A stretch of DNA of 64,000 nt, from contig JAOPTT010000013.1 in NCBI GenBank assembly GCA_051531975.1, forward strand, positions 96,001 through 160,000. The letters are read 5' to 3'. This DNA comes from Spirochaetaceae bacterium (GTDB lineage Bacteria > Spirochaetota > Spirochaetia > DSM-2461). Position numbers and translations under genes: made by a program. Under the pieces are notes generated by a model, which was not told the origin of the DNA, did no database searches, and worked only from the letters and a program-made list of their open reading frames with translations. This document shows positions 51,561 through 60,883 of this stretch, one piece after another; the first letter of the stretch is position 1; the number at the start of each line of letters is the position of its first letter.

Positions 51561-52004
51561 ATGAAGAAATATATATTTTTAGCAATACTGTCCATATTCT
51601 TTCTGTCTTGTTCGGAGAATCAGACAGAACCTATTTATGATTATTATAAAAATATTCCTGTTTTAAGGGGGTGGACAAACGATATTTACAAGGTTAATTA
51701 TATGATAGAAGTTGTTTTAGTTTATCGAGAAGGGAATAATGACCTTCAAACTAAAATAAATCTATTAAAACCAACATTCATTGATGCATTACGAGCTTAT
51801 TATTCTTCTTTAAAAGAGATCGATTTTGTTATTGAGAATCAATTAACAATTAAAAGCACTTCAGTAAAACTTTTAAATGAACTGATTTTAGATTCTATGA
51901 TACCTAAGAAAGCTGATATATTACGAAAAATTGACGATCCTTTAGAAAAAGATCTTATTTTAGATGTGAACATAATGCAGTTACAACTTTTTCCTATGGA
52001 TTAG
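51561..52004 (+). CDS. Lipoprotein, possibly FliL-like
   Basis: FFLS-C lipobox; weak FliL-like pattern (D.LR.YYS.L, K....LN). Confidence 0.5.
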   Translation: MKKYIFLAILSIFFLSCSENQTEPIYDYYKNIPVLRGWTNDIYKVNYMIEVVLVYREGNNDLQTKINLLKPTFIDALRAYYSSLKEIDFVIENQLTIKSTSVKLLNELILDSMIPKKADILRKIDDPLEKDLILDVNIMQLQLFPMD

Positions 52005-52007
52005 TTC

Positions 52008-53561
52008 TTATATTAAGCCAGGAATTACATGTTTATTAGAAACTTTTAAGTATTTATATGGGTGAAGATCTAAAATATTAGGGTGCCAGTTCTCTATATA
52101 TCTTGTATCTATAACATTTATTCCTGGTGAGTGACTGATTGGTAATACTATTGTGTCATTTAATAATATAGCTTCTGCTTTAGATAATTCTATGTATCTT
52201 TTGTCTTGAGTTAGATTCGAAGAGTTTTCAACTAAATTATCATATTCCATATTTGAATAATTACTATCGTTTAATTTGCTATTACTAGTCCACATTTCTA
52301 AAAATGTTAATGGATCAGCAAAATCTCCAATCCATGATAAAGTTGATAGTGTAAAAACTTCTGTTCTGTTGATTGTAAAAAAATCGGGATAAGGGGTTTC
52401 ATTAATTATTACTTTAATAAGACTGTTTTTTTCAACATGTTCTTTAACTAACTCTGAAATATTTTTATCATTATATGTATTTTGTGGTATAGAAATAATT
52501 AAATCAGATATACCTTTTCCATCTTTATATCCACTTTCTTCTAAGATTTTAAGAGCTTCTTCTATGTTTTGTTCATCTTTTGTAAAGTTTTTTGGAAAAT
52601 TTGATAGATTTGGTATTAAAGAATTTGCGGGGATATATTGCTTTTCTCTAATTTTATTCCACGGTATTAAAAGTGAAATCGCTTTTCGTATTTTTGGATC
52701 TTTGTACTCTTTATAATTAGGGTTAAAGTAGTAGTAGGTTGTTGCAAAAAGCGGATTTACCTTTAAAGTTTCTATATCTGCTATCTTATTAAGATTTATC
52801 GCACCTTCGGTTAACCAATCAATTTTCCCTGCATTATAGTCAGATGTTGCTTTTTCACTCTCATTATATAGTTTTAAGTTTATTCTATCAAAATAAACAT
52901 TTTCATAATCCCAATATTCTCTGTTCTTGGTTAATATTATTGAATCTCTGTTTTTTGATATATTATATGGTCCCGTTGTTATTGTCTCTTCTATGCTCCA
53001 GCTTTTACTTTCTAAAAGCGATGGGTGTATAGGGGTGAAACTATGATGACAAAGTATCTTAGTAAAGTATGGGGCTCTCTTTTTTAATGTAAATATCAGT
53101 TTTTTATCACCATCAGTTTTAATACCAACTTTCTCCACATCGGTTATTAGCCCAGTTCTATATTCTCTTGCGTTTTCTATTAAATCTAGAAGGGATGCAA
53201 ACTCCGCTTGTGTTGTTGGAGATAAAGATTTTAAAAGACTATTTCTATATATTTTAGAAGTTATTTTGTCGCCATTACTAAACTTTATATTATCTTTTAA
53301 AATAAAAGTATAAGTTTTTTTGTCTTCTGAAAGTGTCCAGGACTCTGCTAACGCTGATGTTGGTGATAAATCACTAGGACTATAAGAGACTAAACCCTCG
53401 TAAATCCCAGATAAATATTGGGCTTCGATTGCTGTATATGTATAAAATGGATTAAGTGTAAGTTCAAGAGATGATACTGCGATATTAAATTCATTACTCT
53501 GGGATGTTAAAGAAAAAATGCTTAATAAAGATAATATACATATGATTATTAGTTTATTCAT
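52008..53561 (-). CDS. Peptide ABC transporter substrate-binding protein (OppA-like, SBP family 5)
   Basis: IYEGLV, LAESW..SED..TYTF.L, FSNG, TTGPY, WIGDFADP; start moved to ATG 53561; no permease genes adjacent. Confidence 0.9.
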   Translation of the reverse strand: MNKLIIICILSLLSIFSLTSQSNEFNIAVSSLELTLNPFYTYTAIEAQYLSGIYEGLVSYSPSDLSPTSALAESWTLSEDKKTYTFILKDNIKFSNGDKITSKIYRNSLLKSLSPTTQAEFASLLDLIENAREYRTGLITDVEKVGIKTDGDKKLIFTLKKRAPYFTKILCHHSFTPIHPSLLESKSWSIEETITTGPYNISKNRDSIILTKNREYWDYENVYFDRINLKLYNESEKATSDYNAGKIDWLTEGAINLNKIADIETLKVNPLFATTYYYFNPNYKEYKDPKIRKAISLLIPWNKIREKQYIPANSLIPNLSNFPKNFTKDEQNIEEALKILEESGYKDGKGISDLIISIPQNTYNDKNISELVKEHVEKNSLIKVIINETPYPDFFTINRTEVFTLSTLSWIGDFADPLTFLEMWTSNSKLNDSNYSNMEYDNLVENSSNLTQDKRYIELSKAEAILLNDTIVLPISHSPGINVIDTRYIENWHPNILDLHPYKYLKVSNKHVIPGLI

Positions 53562-53593
53562 AACTAAAATCATATAGTGAAGATGGTGCTTTA

Positions 53594-54511
53594 TCAATAA
53601 GAGTGATTGAAGATATTCTTTTCGCAACTAATTTGGAACGATGCTTCAATAGATAATTGGTCTAATTCTTCTATTTTTTTAGGTGATATTTTGAAATCCT
53701 TTAGCTTTGTCAGCTCTTCTATTTGATATCTATTTCTGCAACCAACAATTATTGTATCTATATAATTCTGTGATAATGTCCATTCCAAAATTAGAGTGCT
53801 TAGTTCTGTGCTTTTATCTGTAAAAAGTTTTAATTTATCAATATATTGATATACTATTTCAATGTTTTGTGGCGAGAATAGTGACATTTTATATCGTAGA
53901 TCCTTTTTAATATATGGATTTTCTTTTGTAAATTTCCCGGTTAAAAGACCTTGAGCTAGGGGAGAATATATTTGTGTTACAATTTGATTTTTTTTACAAT
54001 ATGTTAAATATTCAATATCCTCTCTCCAAAAGAAATTAAATCCATTTTGTACAACATCGATAGTTCCCGCTTGTTGGGCTACAACTAATTCTGTCTGATT
54101 AAAGTTACTAAGACCTATATTTTTAATTATTCCTAAAGACCTATAATTTTCTAATAACTCTATTATTGGTCTAGAGTCATCTTTAGTTGAAGGCCAATGA
54201 ATGAAGAAATTATCTATATAGTCGCAATTTAATCTTTTTAGGGATTGTTCTATACTTTTTTTAACACTTGCCACTGGTTTTATAAAACATTTTGTCGATA
54301 TTTTAATATTTTCTCTATGTTTAGATAGTTGTTGACCTAATAATTGCTCACTTTTGCCTTTGCCGTAAACTGGGGCAGTATCGTATAAAGTGTAACCCTC
54401 TCTTAACGCAGCATGAATCATTTTTAAAGAATCACTGTGATTTTGCTGTCCCCAATAACCGGCTCCAAGTGCCCATGTTCCAATTCCTATAGAAGTATTA
54501 TTTAGTATCAT
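53594..54511 (-). CDS. Aldo/keto reductase
   Basis: IGIGTW, YDTAPVYG, STK, IHWP, GLSNF, YSPLAQGLLTGK; start approximate. Confidence 0.92.
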   Translation of the reverse strand: MILNNTSIGIGTWALGAGYWGQQNHSDSLKMIHAALREGYTLYDTAPVYGKGKSEQLLGQQLSKHRENIKISTKCFIKPVASVKKSIEQSLKRLNCDYIDNFFIHWPSTKDDSRPIIELLENYRSLGIIKNIGLSNFNQTELVVAQQAGTIDVVQNGFNFFWREDIEYLTYCKKNQIVTQIYSPLAQGLLTGKFTKENPYIKKDLRYKMSLFSPQNIEIVYQYIDKLKLFTDKSTELSTLILEWTLSQNYIDTIIVGCRNRYQIEELTKLKDFKISPKKIEELDQLSIEASFQISCEKNIFNHSY

Positions 54512-54624
54512 ATAGCTTAGATAAGACCTAATATTTTTATTTGTCAAGAAATAATTTAATTATTTTGCATTTTTTGCCTCTGACACTCTTGAAATAAATG
54601 TCAAAAATAAAAAGAATGTGATCT

Positions 54625-55356
54625 ATGAAAAATAAACAGTTAGTCATAATTATTAATTTAGTAGCAATTTCAATGTTAATGCTTGGTTGCAAAACAGATC
54701 ATGCAAAGAAAAAAGATGTTGAGTATCTTTTCTGGAATGCCTCTTTAAAAACAGAAAACAGCTTTATTAAAGAAGCTGTAAAAGAATTAAACGATGTAAA
54801 AGGTGAATCCTTAGTTATTGATAGATATAATTCACCGCAAACTAGAGATGAAGTTATTAACTTTTTTACAAAATATACTGGTGATAAAAATATTTCAGAG
54901 ATTATTCTAAAATATTCTATAAAATATGATGTGCCTCCAACTCTCTCTTTTGCATTAGCGAATACAGAAAGTAATTTTAATCCTAACGCAATAAATAGAA
55001 ATAGGGCATCAATTGATAGAGGGATTTTCCAATTAAACTCAAATAGCTTTCCGGAATTAAGTATTAATCAGTTTTTTAACGTTGATACGAATTCTGCAAA
55101 AGGGATCAAATTTATTAAATGGTGCCTTGATACAGGAAAAAATGAAGTTTCTGCTTTAGCTATGTATAATGCTGGATCTGGAAGGGTATCAGGTAGGGGA
55201 ACACCAAAAATGACGCTTGACTACATTTCTAAGGTTCTTGCCTATCGAACACAGGTGTTGAGTGAATTTAATTTAGAAATGAGCTCTTTTGCCCGAATAA
55301 ACCCGCAAAGTGTTAAGTTGGTTAAAGATGTGAGTTTACCACTAGATAGACCTTAA
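54625..55356 (+). CDS. Lytic transglycosylase (SLT domain) lipoprotein
   Basis: LMLG-C lipobox; TESNFN, GIFQL, AMYNAG. Confidence 0.88.
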   Translation: MKNKQLVIIINLVAISMLMLGCKTDHAKKKDVEYLFWNASLKTENSFIKEAVKELNDVKGESLVIDRYNSPQTRDEVINFFTKYTGDKNISEIILKYSIKYDVPPTLSFALANTESNFNPNAINRNRASIDRGIFQLNSNSFPELSINQFFNVDTNSAKGIKFIKWCLDTGKNEVSALAMYNAGSGRVSGRGTPKMTLDYISKVLAYRTQVLSEFNLEMSSFARINPQSVKLVKDVSLPLDRP

Positions 55357-55377
55357 TTTTTTTAATACTATGGTTTT

Positions 55378-57264
55378 ATGATTATAGTATTGAAAAGAAA
55401 CATAAATAGTAAAGATAAAGATGGGATTGTAAATTTCCTTCAGAAGAACAGTTTTAGAGTTAAAGAGATTGTTGGAGAAGAAGAGTCAATTTTAGGTGCT
55501 GTTGGTCATAGTGGCATTGATCCTAGAGAGTTAGAACTTATGGCTGGTGTTGCTAAAGTCATTCCTATAACAAAACCATACAAATTAGCCTCTAGGGAAT
55601 TTAAAAAGAGTGATACTGTTTTTAATATTGGCCCTGTGGTTGTTGGTGGTAATAGAATCTTTACTATTGCTGGACCTTGTGCTGTTGAATCTAGAGAACA
55701 AATAATCGAATCTGCCCATGCAGTAAAAAATGCTGGTGCTGTAATGCTCAGAGGTGGAGCCTTTAAGCCTAGAACTTCTCCATATTCATTTCAGGGGTTA
55801 CAAGAAAAAGGTTGTCAGTATTTAAAAGAGGCAAGTGAAATAACTGGTCTTCCTGTAGTTACAGAAATCGTAGCTCCAGGTGATGCTCTAATGATGAAAG
55901 ATTATGTTGATGTTTTTCAGGTTGGTGCAAGAAATATGCAAAACTTTGAACTGCTTAAAACTGTTGGTAAAATAGGTAAACCTGTAATATTAAAAAGAGG
56001 AATGTCTGCAACTATAGAAGAGTGGTTAATGGCAGCCGAATATATAATGTCTGAAGGCAACGACGAAATAATTTTATGTGAAAGAGGAATTAGAACTTAT
56101 GAGAATTTCACAAGAAACACTCTTGACCTTTCCGCTGTTCCAATAATTCAACAACTTTCACATCTACCTATAATTGTTGACCCATCCCATGCCACAGGGC
56201 TTAGAGATAAAGTTGCCCCTATGGCCCTTGCTGCAATCGCTGCAGGAGCAAATGGATTAATTGTAGAAGTACATCCTAATCCTGAAGTCGCGCTCTCTGA
56301 TGGCCCACAGTCTCTTTATCCAGAGCAATTTGATAAACTTATGTGTGATATAAAAGAATTAGCCCCAGTAATGAATAAGGAAGTTGCTATCTTTCCAAGA
56401 AGTTATACTCCTTTGGAGGTTGTTACAAAATCTGATTCCCATATCGAAGCGGCATTTCAGGGAGTTTCTGGTGCATATAGTGAAATGGCCGTATATGAAT
56501 ATTATGGAAAGGAAGTTGGCTTTCCTGTACCTAAAAAGAGTTTTAAAGATGTTTTTGACTCTGTTTTAGATGGCAGTGTAAGCTCAGGATTAATTCCACT
56601 AGAAAACTCTTTAGCAGGTTCAATAAACGAAAACTATGATCTTCTTAAAAGTTACCCTGATCTATTTATTACAGGTGAAGTTAAAGTAAGAATATCACAT
56701 TCGATAATTGGAACAAAGAATGCAGAATTATCTGATATTAAAGAAGTTTATTCACACCCTCAAGGGCTTGCACAATGCAGTGCATTTATAGAGAAACATG
56801 GTCTTAAGCCAGTTTCTCATTATGATACAGCAGGAGCAGTAAAAGATATCTCAGAAAAAGCAGATAAAAGTAAAGCTGCAATAGCTAGTACACTGTCGGC
56901 AGAAATTTATGGAATGAAGATTCTTCAGGAGGCTATAGAGACACATCCTGGAAACTATACCCGTTTTGCTGTAATCCAAAAAAAAGAGAAAGAACAAAAT
57001 AAAGAGTGGGATAAGGCATCAATGGTATTTACAATAAATGATGAGCAAGGAGCATTGGCAAAATATTTAGCTATTTTTAATAAGTATAAATTAAATATGA
57101 CAAAAATTGAGTCCAGACCTGTTCATGGAAAACCTTGGAGTTATTCATTTTATGTAGACGTTACTGTTGAAGGAAATAAAGAGAACTTTCCTAAGATAGA
57201 AGATGAATTAGCTAATCAGGCCGATGACTTTAGGTTGTTAGGTTTATATCAGGCTTGTAAGTAG
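55378..57264 (+). CDS. aroF: Fusion: DAHP synthase (type I-beta, N-terminal regulatory domain) + prephenate dehydratase-ACT
   Basis: IAGPCAVES, GGAFKPRTSPYSFQG, SDGPQS; then AFQG..GAYSE, PLENS..GSI, SHPQ.LAQC, NYTRF, KIESRP. Confidence 0.93.
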   Translation: MIIVLKRNINSKDKDGIVNFLQKNSFRVKEIVGEEESILGAVGHSGIDPRELELMAGVAKVIPITKPYKLASREFKKSDTVFNIGPVVVGGNRIFTIAGPCAVESREQIIESAHAVKNAGAVMLRGGAFKPRTSPYSFQGLQEKGCQYLKEASEITGLPVVTEIVAPGDALMMKDYVDVFQVGARNMQNFELLKTVGKIGKPVILKRGMSATIEEWLMAAEYIMSEGNDEIILCERGIRTYENFTRNTLDLSAVPIIQQLSHLPIIVDPSHATGLRDKVAPMALAAIAAGANGLIVEVHPNPEVALSDGPQSLYPEQFDKLMCDIKELAPVMNKEVAIFPRSYTPLEVVTKSDSHIEAAFQGVSGAYSEMAVYEYYGKEVGFPVPKKSFKDVFDSVLDGSVSSGLIPLENSLAGSINENYDLLKSYPDLFITGEVKVRISHSIIGTKNAELSDIKEVYSHPQGLAQCSAFIEKHGLKPVSHYDTAGAVKDISEKADKSKAAIASTLSAEIYGMKILQEAIETHPGNYTRFAVIQKKEKEQNKEWDKASMVFTINDEQGALAKYLAIFNKYKLNMTKIESRPVHGKPWSYSFYVDVTVEGNKENFPKIEDELANQADDFRLLGLYQACK

Positions 57265-58654
57265 ATTTATCACTTTTTTTATCACTCTTTTGTTTCGTAT
57301 ACTCAAAATAATATGATTGAGATTTATCAATAGCAGATAGAATTACTTTTAATTCTATCTGTATACCTTTTGATACATATAAACTATCTTTAAAAAACTC
57401 ATCTAATGCAGATAAAATTTTATATGCATATCTACACTTAGAAATAAGTTTGTGAATAAAAGCTTGTATATCTTCTTCCTCTTTTGTTAATAATTCGACT
57501 AACTTTACGCTCTCTATGTTTTTATAATTTTCTAATCTTTTATATAATGTTGCTATTGATGCGATAAATTTTTCAAATTCTAGATCCTTATGTTTTGAAT
57601 CTGCATCTGAATTTGAACTAATTTCAATATCATATATTGTATTTCTTTTATTTGATGATAAAGTATATTTAATGTAATCAATTATTTTTTCTATTATGTT
57701 AAATTTTTCTTCTCTATAGAGTTGGCTATTTTCATTTTCTTTGCTTGTAACTGAGTTGAGTTGAGTTGCAATTTTAGATAGTTCTGTTATTGAGTTTGTT
57801 AATAGATCTTTAGTTGAAATTTTAGTTTCTTCTTTTTTCTTTCGCTTCCTAATTGATGGAGTCCCATCTTCTAGTTTTTCAAGAATTTTATTCCGAATGG
57901 AATCTCCTGAACTAGTAAAATCTTCTTTTAAAACCTCTCCTATTAACTCAATGTATAAAGGTTTACGCATCTCTCTTATTTTTTCAGTTATTTTATCATG
58001 TGCTTTTTTAATATTTTGTCCTTCAAGGACTATAGGGAGTTTTAACAAATTCAAAATATCATGACGGATCCAGAATTTATATTTTTCAGCCTTATATAAT
58101 TTAATATGATCCAGCTCTTTTATAAAATCTTTTGAATATTTAAATAGATCTTTAGTCGCAGATTTAAGAGTCTCAATTGCAAATTTTTGGTCAGTGTCTT
58201 TTTGATAATTAAATAACACTTTATTTAAAGCTTCTGTATTAATTTCTATTGGTTGTGGGTCAAATACTCTATCCCAATCCATAAACTTAACTATTTCAGT
58301 CATTCTATTTATTTTATTTAATGTTAAACTTTTTAATTCTAGTATATTTTCACCAATAATATGATTTAGTAATGCTTTGAAATGACTTAACCTAATCGCT
58401 ATTATATAGTTTTCTTCATTGTATTCAGGAGGTGTTTTATCTGGAAGATCCAGTTTTGTATGATCATGTTCTTCTCCATATGGGTCTTCAGTAATAATTT
58501 TATTATCACATAGAGTCATATATAATAATCTAAATGTCCCATTAAAATTATTAAACTGGTCATTTACACTTTTTATAACCTTTTTGTTTAAATAATCTCT
58601 ATTTCCTTCTAAAACATCTTTATACTGTTCTAATTCCTCTTCTGAATATTTCAT
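57230..58654 (-). CDS. Hypothetical helical protein
   Basis: Long open frame, no motif recognised; start moved to ATG 58654. Confidence 0.7.
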   Translation of the reverse strand: MKYSEEELEQYKDVLEGNRDYLNKKVIKSVNDQFNNFNGTFRLLYMTLCDNKIITEDPYGEEHDHTKLDLPDKTPPEYNEENYIIAIRLSHFKALLNHIIGENILELKSLTLNKINRMTEIVKFMDWDRVFDPQPIEINTEALNKVLFNYQKDTDQKFAIETLKSATKDLFKYSKDFIKELDHIKLYKAEKYKFWIRHDILNLLKLPIVLEGQNIKKAHDKITEKIREMRKPLYIELIGEVLKEDFTSSGDSIRNKILEKLEDGTPSIRKRKKKEETKISTKDLLTNSITELSKIATQLNSVTSKENENSQLYREEKFNIIEKIIDYIKYTLSSNKRNTIYDIEISSNSDADSKHKDLEFEKFIASIATLYKRLENYKNIESVKLVELLTKEEEDIQAFIHKLISKCRYAYKILSALDEFFKDSLYVSKGIQIELKVILSAIDKSQSYYFEYTKQKSDKKSDKSTYKPDINLTT

Positions 58655-58721
58655 GTTTTTTAGTATAATTAAGAATTCCATTTAATGATAGAATAAAAAA
58701 AAATTGGTTATATATTATATT

Positions 58722-59360
58722 ATGAAGTCTTTATCAATTTTTCTGTTTCTGTTAACTAGTTGTAGCTATTATAACCAAGAAGTATCTGTTTCTGTTGGTG
58801 GATTATCTCCTGGTGTTTTATCAATTTCAACTATTGGTTCTTCTGAAACAGTAATTATAACTGATCAAAAAATCTGCCAGTTTACAATATCCAAGGGAGA
58901 AGTTTATTTTGTAGAATTACAACCTCTTTTTTATACTTTAAATAGTAGATTCTCTTATGGTGCAATTGTTAGTTCAGAAGATACAGATGTCACTATTTCA
59001 TCAAAACTTGGAGTTTTATCTCAGGTTGGTACATGGATATATAATGAAGGGTATAGTATTGAAATAGAGAATATATATGAATTAAAAGAAAAGTTAAATA
59101 GTGTTATTGACCCATGGATTTATAATGTATTGGATATAAAGTATTACCTTTTAGGTGATATTACCATTGGTTCTATCTCAAAAAAAAGAAAATATGTTAT
59201 ACCGGAACTTGATTTGTATAAAGATTGGGAACCAGAAAATTCTCTATTTTATACATGGTATGAATCGGTCCAGTGTTTCTATAATAGTACAAACAATCAA
59301 TTTTATAGAGTTGAGATTTATGAAGATGGAAGTTTTTGTGGGTTTGATGAGGTTAAATAA
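58722..59360 (+). CDS. Hypothetical lipoprotein
   Basis: MKSLSIFLFLLTS-C lipobox from ATG 58722. Confidence 0.7.
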   Translation: MKSLSIFLFLLTSCSYYNQEVSVSVGGLSPGVLSISTIGSSETVIITDQKICQFTISKGEVYFVELQPLFYTLNSRFSYGAIVSSEDTDVTISSKLGVLSQVGTWIYNEGYSIEIENIYELKEKLNSVIDPWIYNVLDIKYYLLGDITIGSISKKRKYVIPELDLYKDWEPENSLFYTWYESVQCFYNSTNNQFYRVEIYEDGSFCGFDEVK

Positions 59361-59386
59361 TTTCAAATCAAGTCGATACTTATAAT

Positions 59387-60883
59387 ATGTTAGATTTAAA
59401 AGGTAGTTATACTCCTTATTTTCGAGAACTCGATGATTCTCAAATAAAAGAAATAGAAAAGATATCAACAACATATCAATGTCAAAGTGGGGATATTATT
59501 TATCTACAAGGTGAATATTGTCAGAACTGGGTTATTATAAATAGTGGAAATTTTATGACCAGAGAGACTGTGGATGGAGTTGTTATAGAAGAGAAGATAT
59601 TGCTTGAAGGTCAAAGTTTCGATTTTGAATCAACTATAAAAAACTCCATTACTTCAAGGTCATTAGAAGCTCTTGGGGATAGTTCCATAGTCGTGATTAG
59701 CACTTTAGGGCTAAAAAAAATATCGAAAAAAAATCCTATTATTAGTTCGCTAATTAAAAGTAGTTTAGGAGAGTACAAATCTATATGGGAAAACTATATA
59801 TCAAAGTCTAAAAGTCGTATTGAATCAGTTAGTTATAGAATAAAAAAAAGTTTATTGTCAGTTCTTATTAGTTCAATTCCTCTATTATTAATGTTTTCAC
59901 TAATAGACTTCGTTATATTTATGGTTTTTCTTAATGGTTTAAATTTTGTTTTTTTTGTTTCACTAATAATAATAGGAGTTTTTATTTTTTTAATTACTCT
60001 TGTGAATAGTAGATTAACTTTTATTGAACTTAATAGAGAACAGATTGTAAAAAGAGAATTTTCAGTAAAAAAAATAAGTTCTCAATATGATTCAATTCCT
60101 ATAGAGAAAATACAAAGTACTTCTGTATTATATAATAATAGGTTTTTTAGGTTATTTAGAATTGGAGAGGTTGTTATAGAATCACCTACAAATAAGATAT
60201 CTATTGATGGAGTATTCAGACCCGAATCTGTAATTTCTGATATTTCTGATTATACTAAATTTACAGTCTTTATAGATAAGGCGATTGAATTGGCTTCTTT
60301 TAAGCTACTATTTAGCAAAGATAAAGGCCTCTTCTACATAGAAAGTAATTTAGAAAGAGATGAAAATTCAATATTTACATTTAGAAAAAGTATTGTTTAT
60401 CTTTTGGCTAGGTCTCTACCCCCATTTTTAATATTTCTTTTTTCTTCAATTGGATTATATGTTCTTTTCCAGGAACCTAGAATCTTTTATATTAATATTC
60501 CGACGTTAATCTTGTTATTATGGAATTATAGAGATTGGGGTAATGATAAATACTCTTTTGAAGGAGATAAGATCATTGATATTGAGAAAAAACCTCTATG
60601 GGGTAAAGAGATAAGAATAGAGGCTGATATAACATCTGTAATGAGCATAAAAAAGGAACAAAAGCACTTTCTACAACTGCTGTTTAATTATGGAGATATA
60701 GAAGTTGATACATTTGGTGGGAAAATAGTTTACCCATCCATTTATAATCCCGATAAAGTAATAGATAATCTGTATGTTGTAAAAAAATACTTTTACTCTA
60801 AAAAAGAAAATAGAGAAAAAATACAACGGCAGGAAGAATTTATAAATTTCACAAAATATTACCAGGAGTTAACAAAAGAATGA
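59387..60883 (+). CDS. Membrane protein: cyclic-nucleotide-binding-like domain + two TM-pair/bacterial PH (bPH_2-like) modules
   Basis: F..L......I, G..I..QGE, I.SG cNMP pattern; IP.EKIQS...G.V.I and I...F.YGDI.V.T.G PH-like patterns, each after two TMs. Confidence 0.68.
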   Translation: MLDLKGSYTPYFRELDDSQIKEIEKISTTYQCQSGDIIYLQGEYCQNWVIINSGNFMTRETVDGVVIEEKILLEGQSFDFESTIKNSITSRSLEALGDSSIVVISTLGLKKISKKNPIISSLIKSSLGEYKSIWENYISKSKSRIESVSYRIKKSLLSVLISSIPLLLMFSLIDFVIFMVFLNGLNFVFFVSLIIIGVFIFLITLVNSRLTFIELNREQIVKREFSVKKISSQYDSIPIEKIQSTSVLYNNRFFRLFRIGEVVIESPTNKISIDGVFRPESVISDISDYTKFTVFIDKAIELASFKLLFSKDKGLFYIESNLERDENSIFTFRKSIVYLLARSLPPFLIFLFSSIGLYVLFQEPRIFYINIPTLILLLWNYRDWGNDKYSFEGDKIIDIEKKPLWGKEIRIEADITSVMSIKKEQKHFLQLLFNYGDIEVDTFGGKIVYPSIYNPDKVIDNLYVVKKYFYSKKENREKIQRQEEFINFTKYYQELTKE

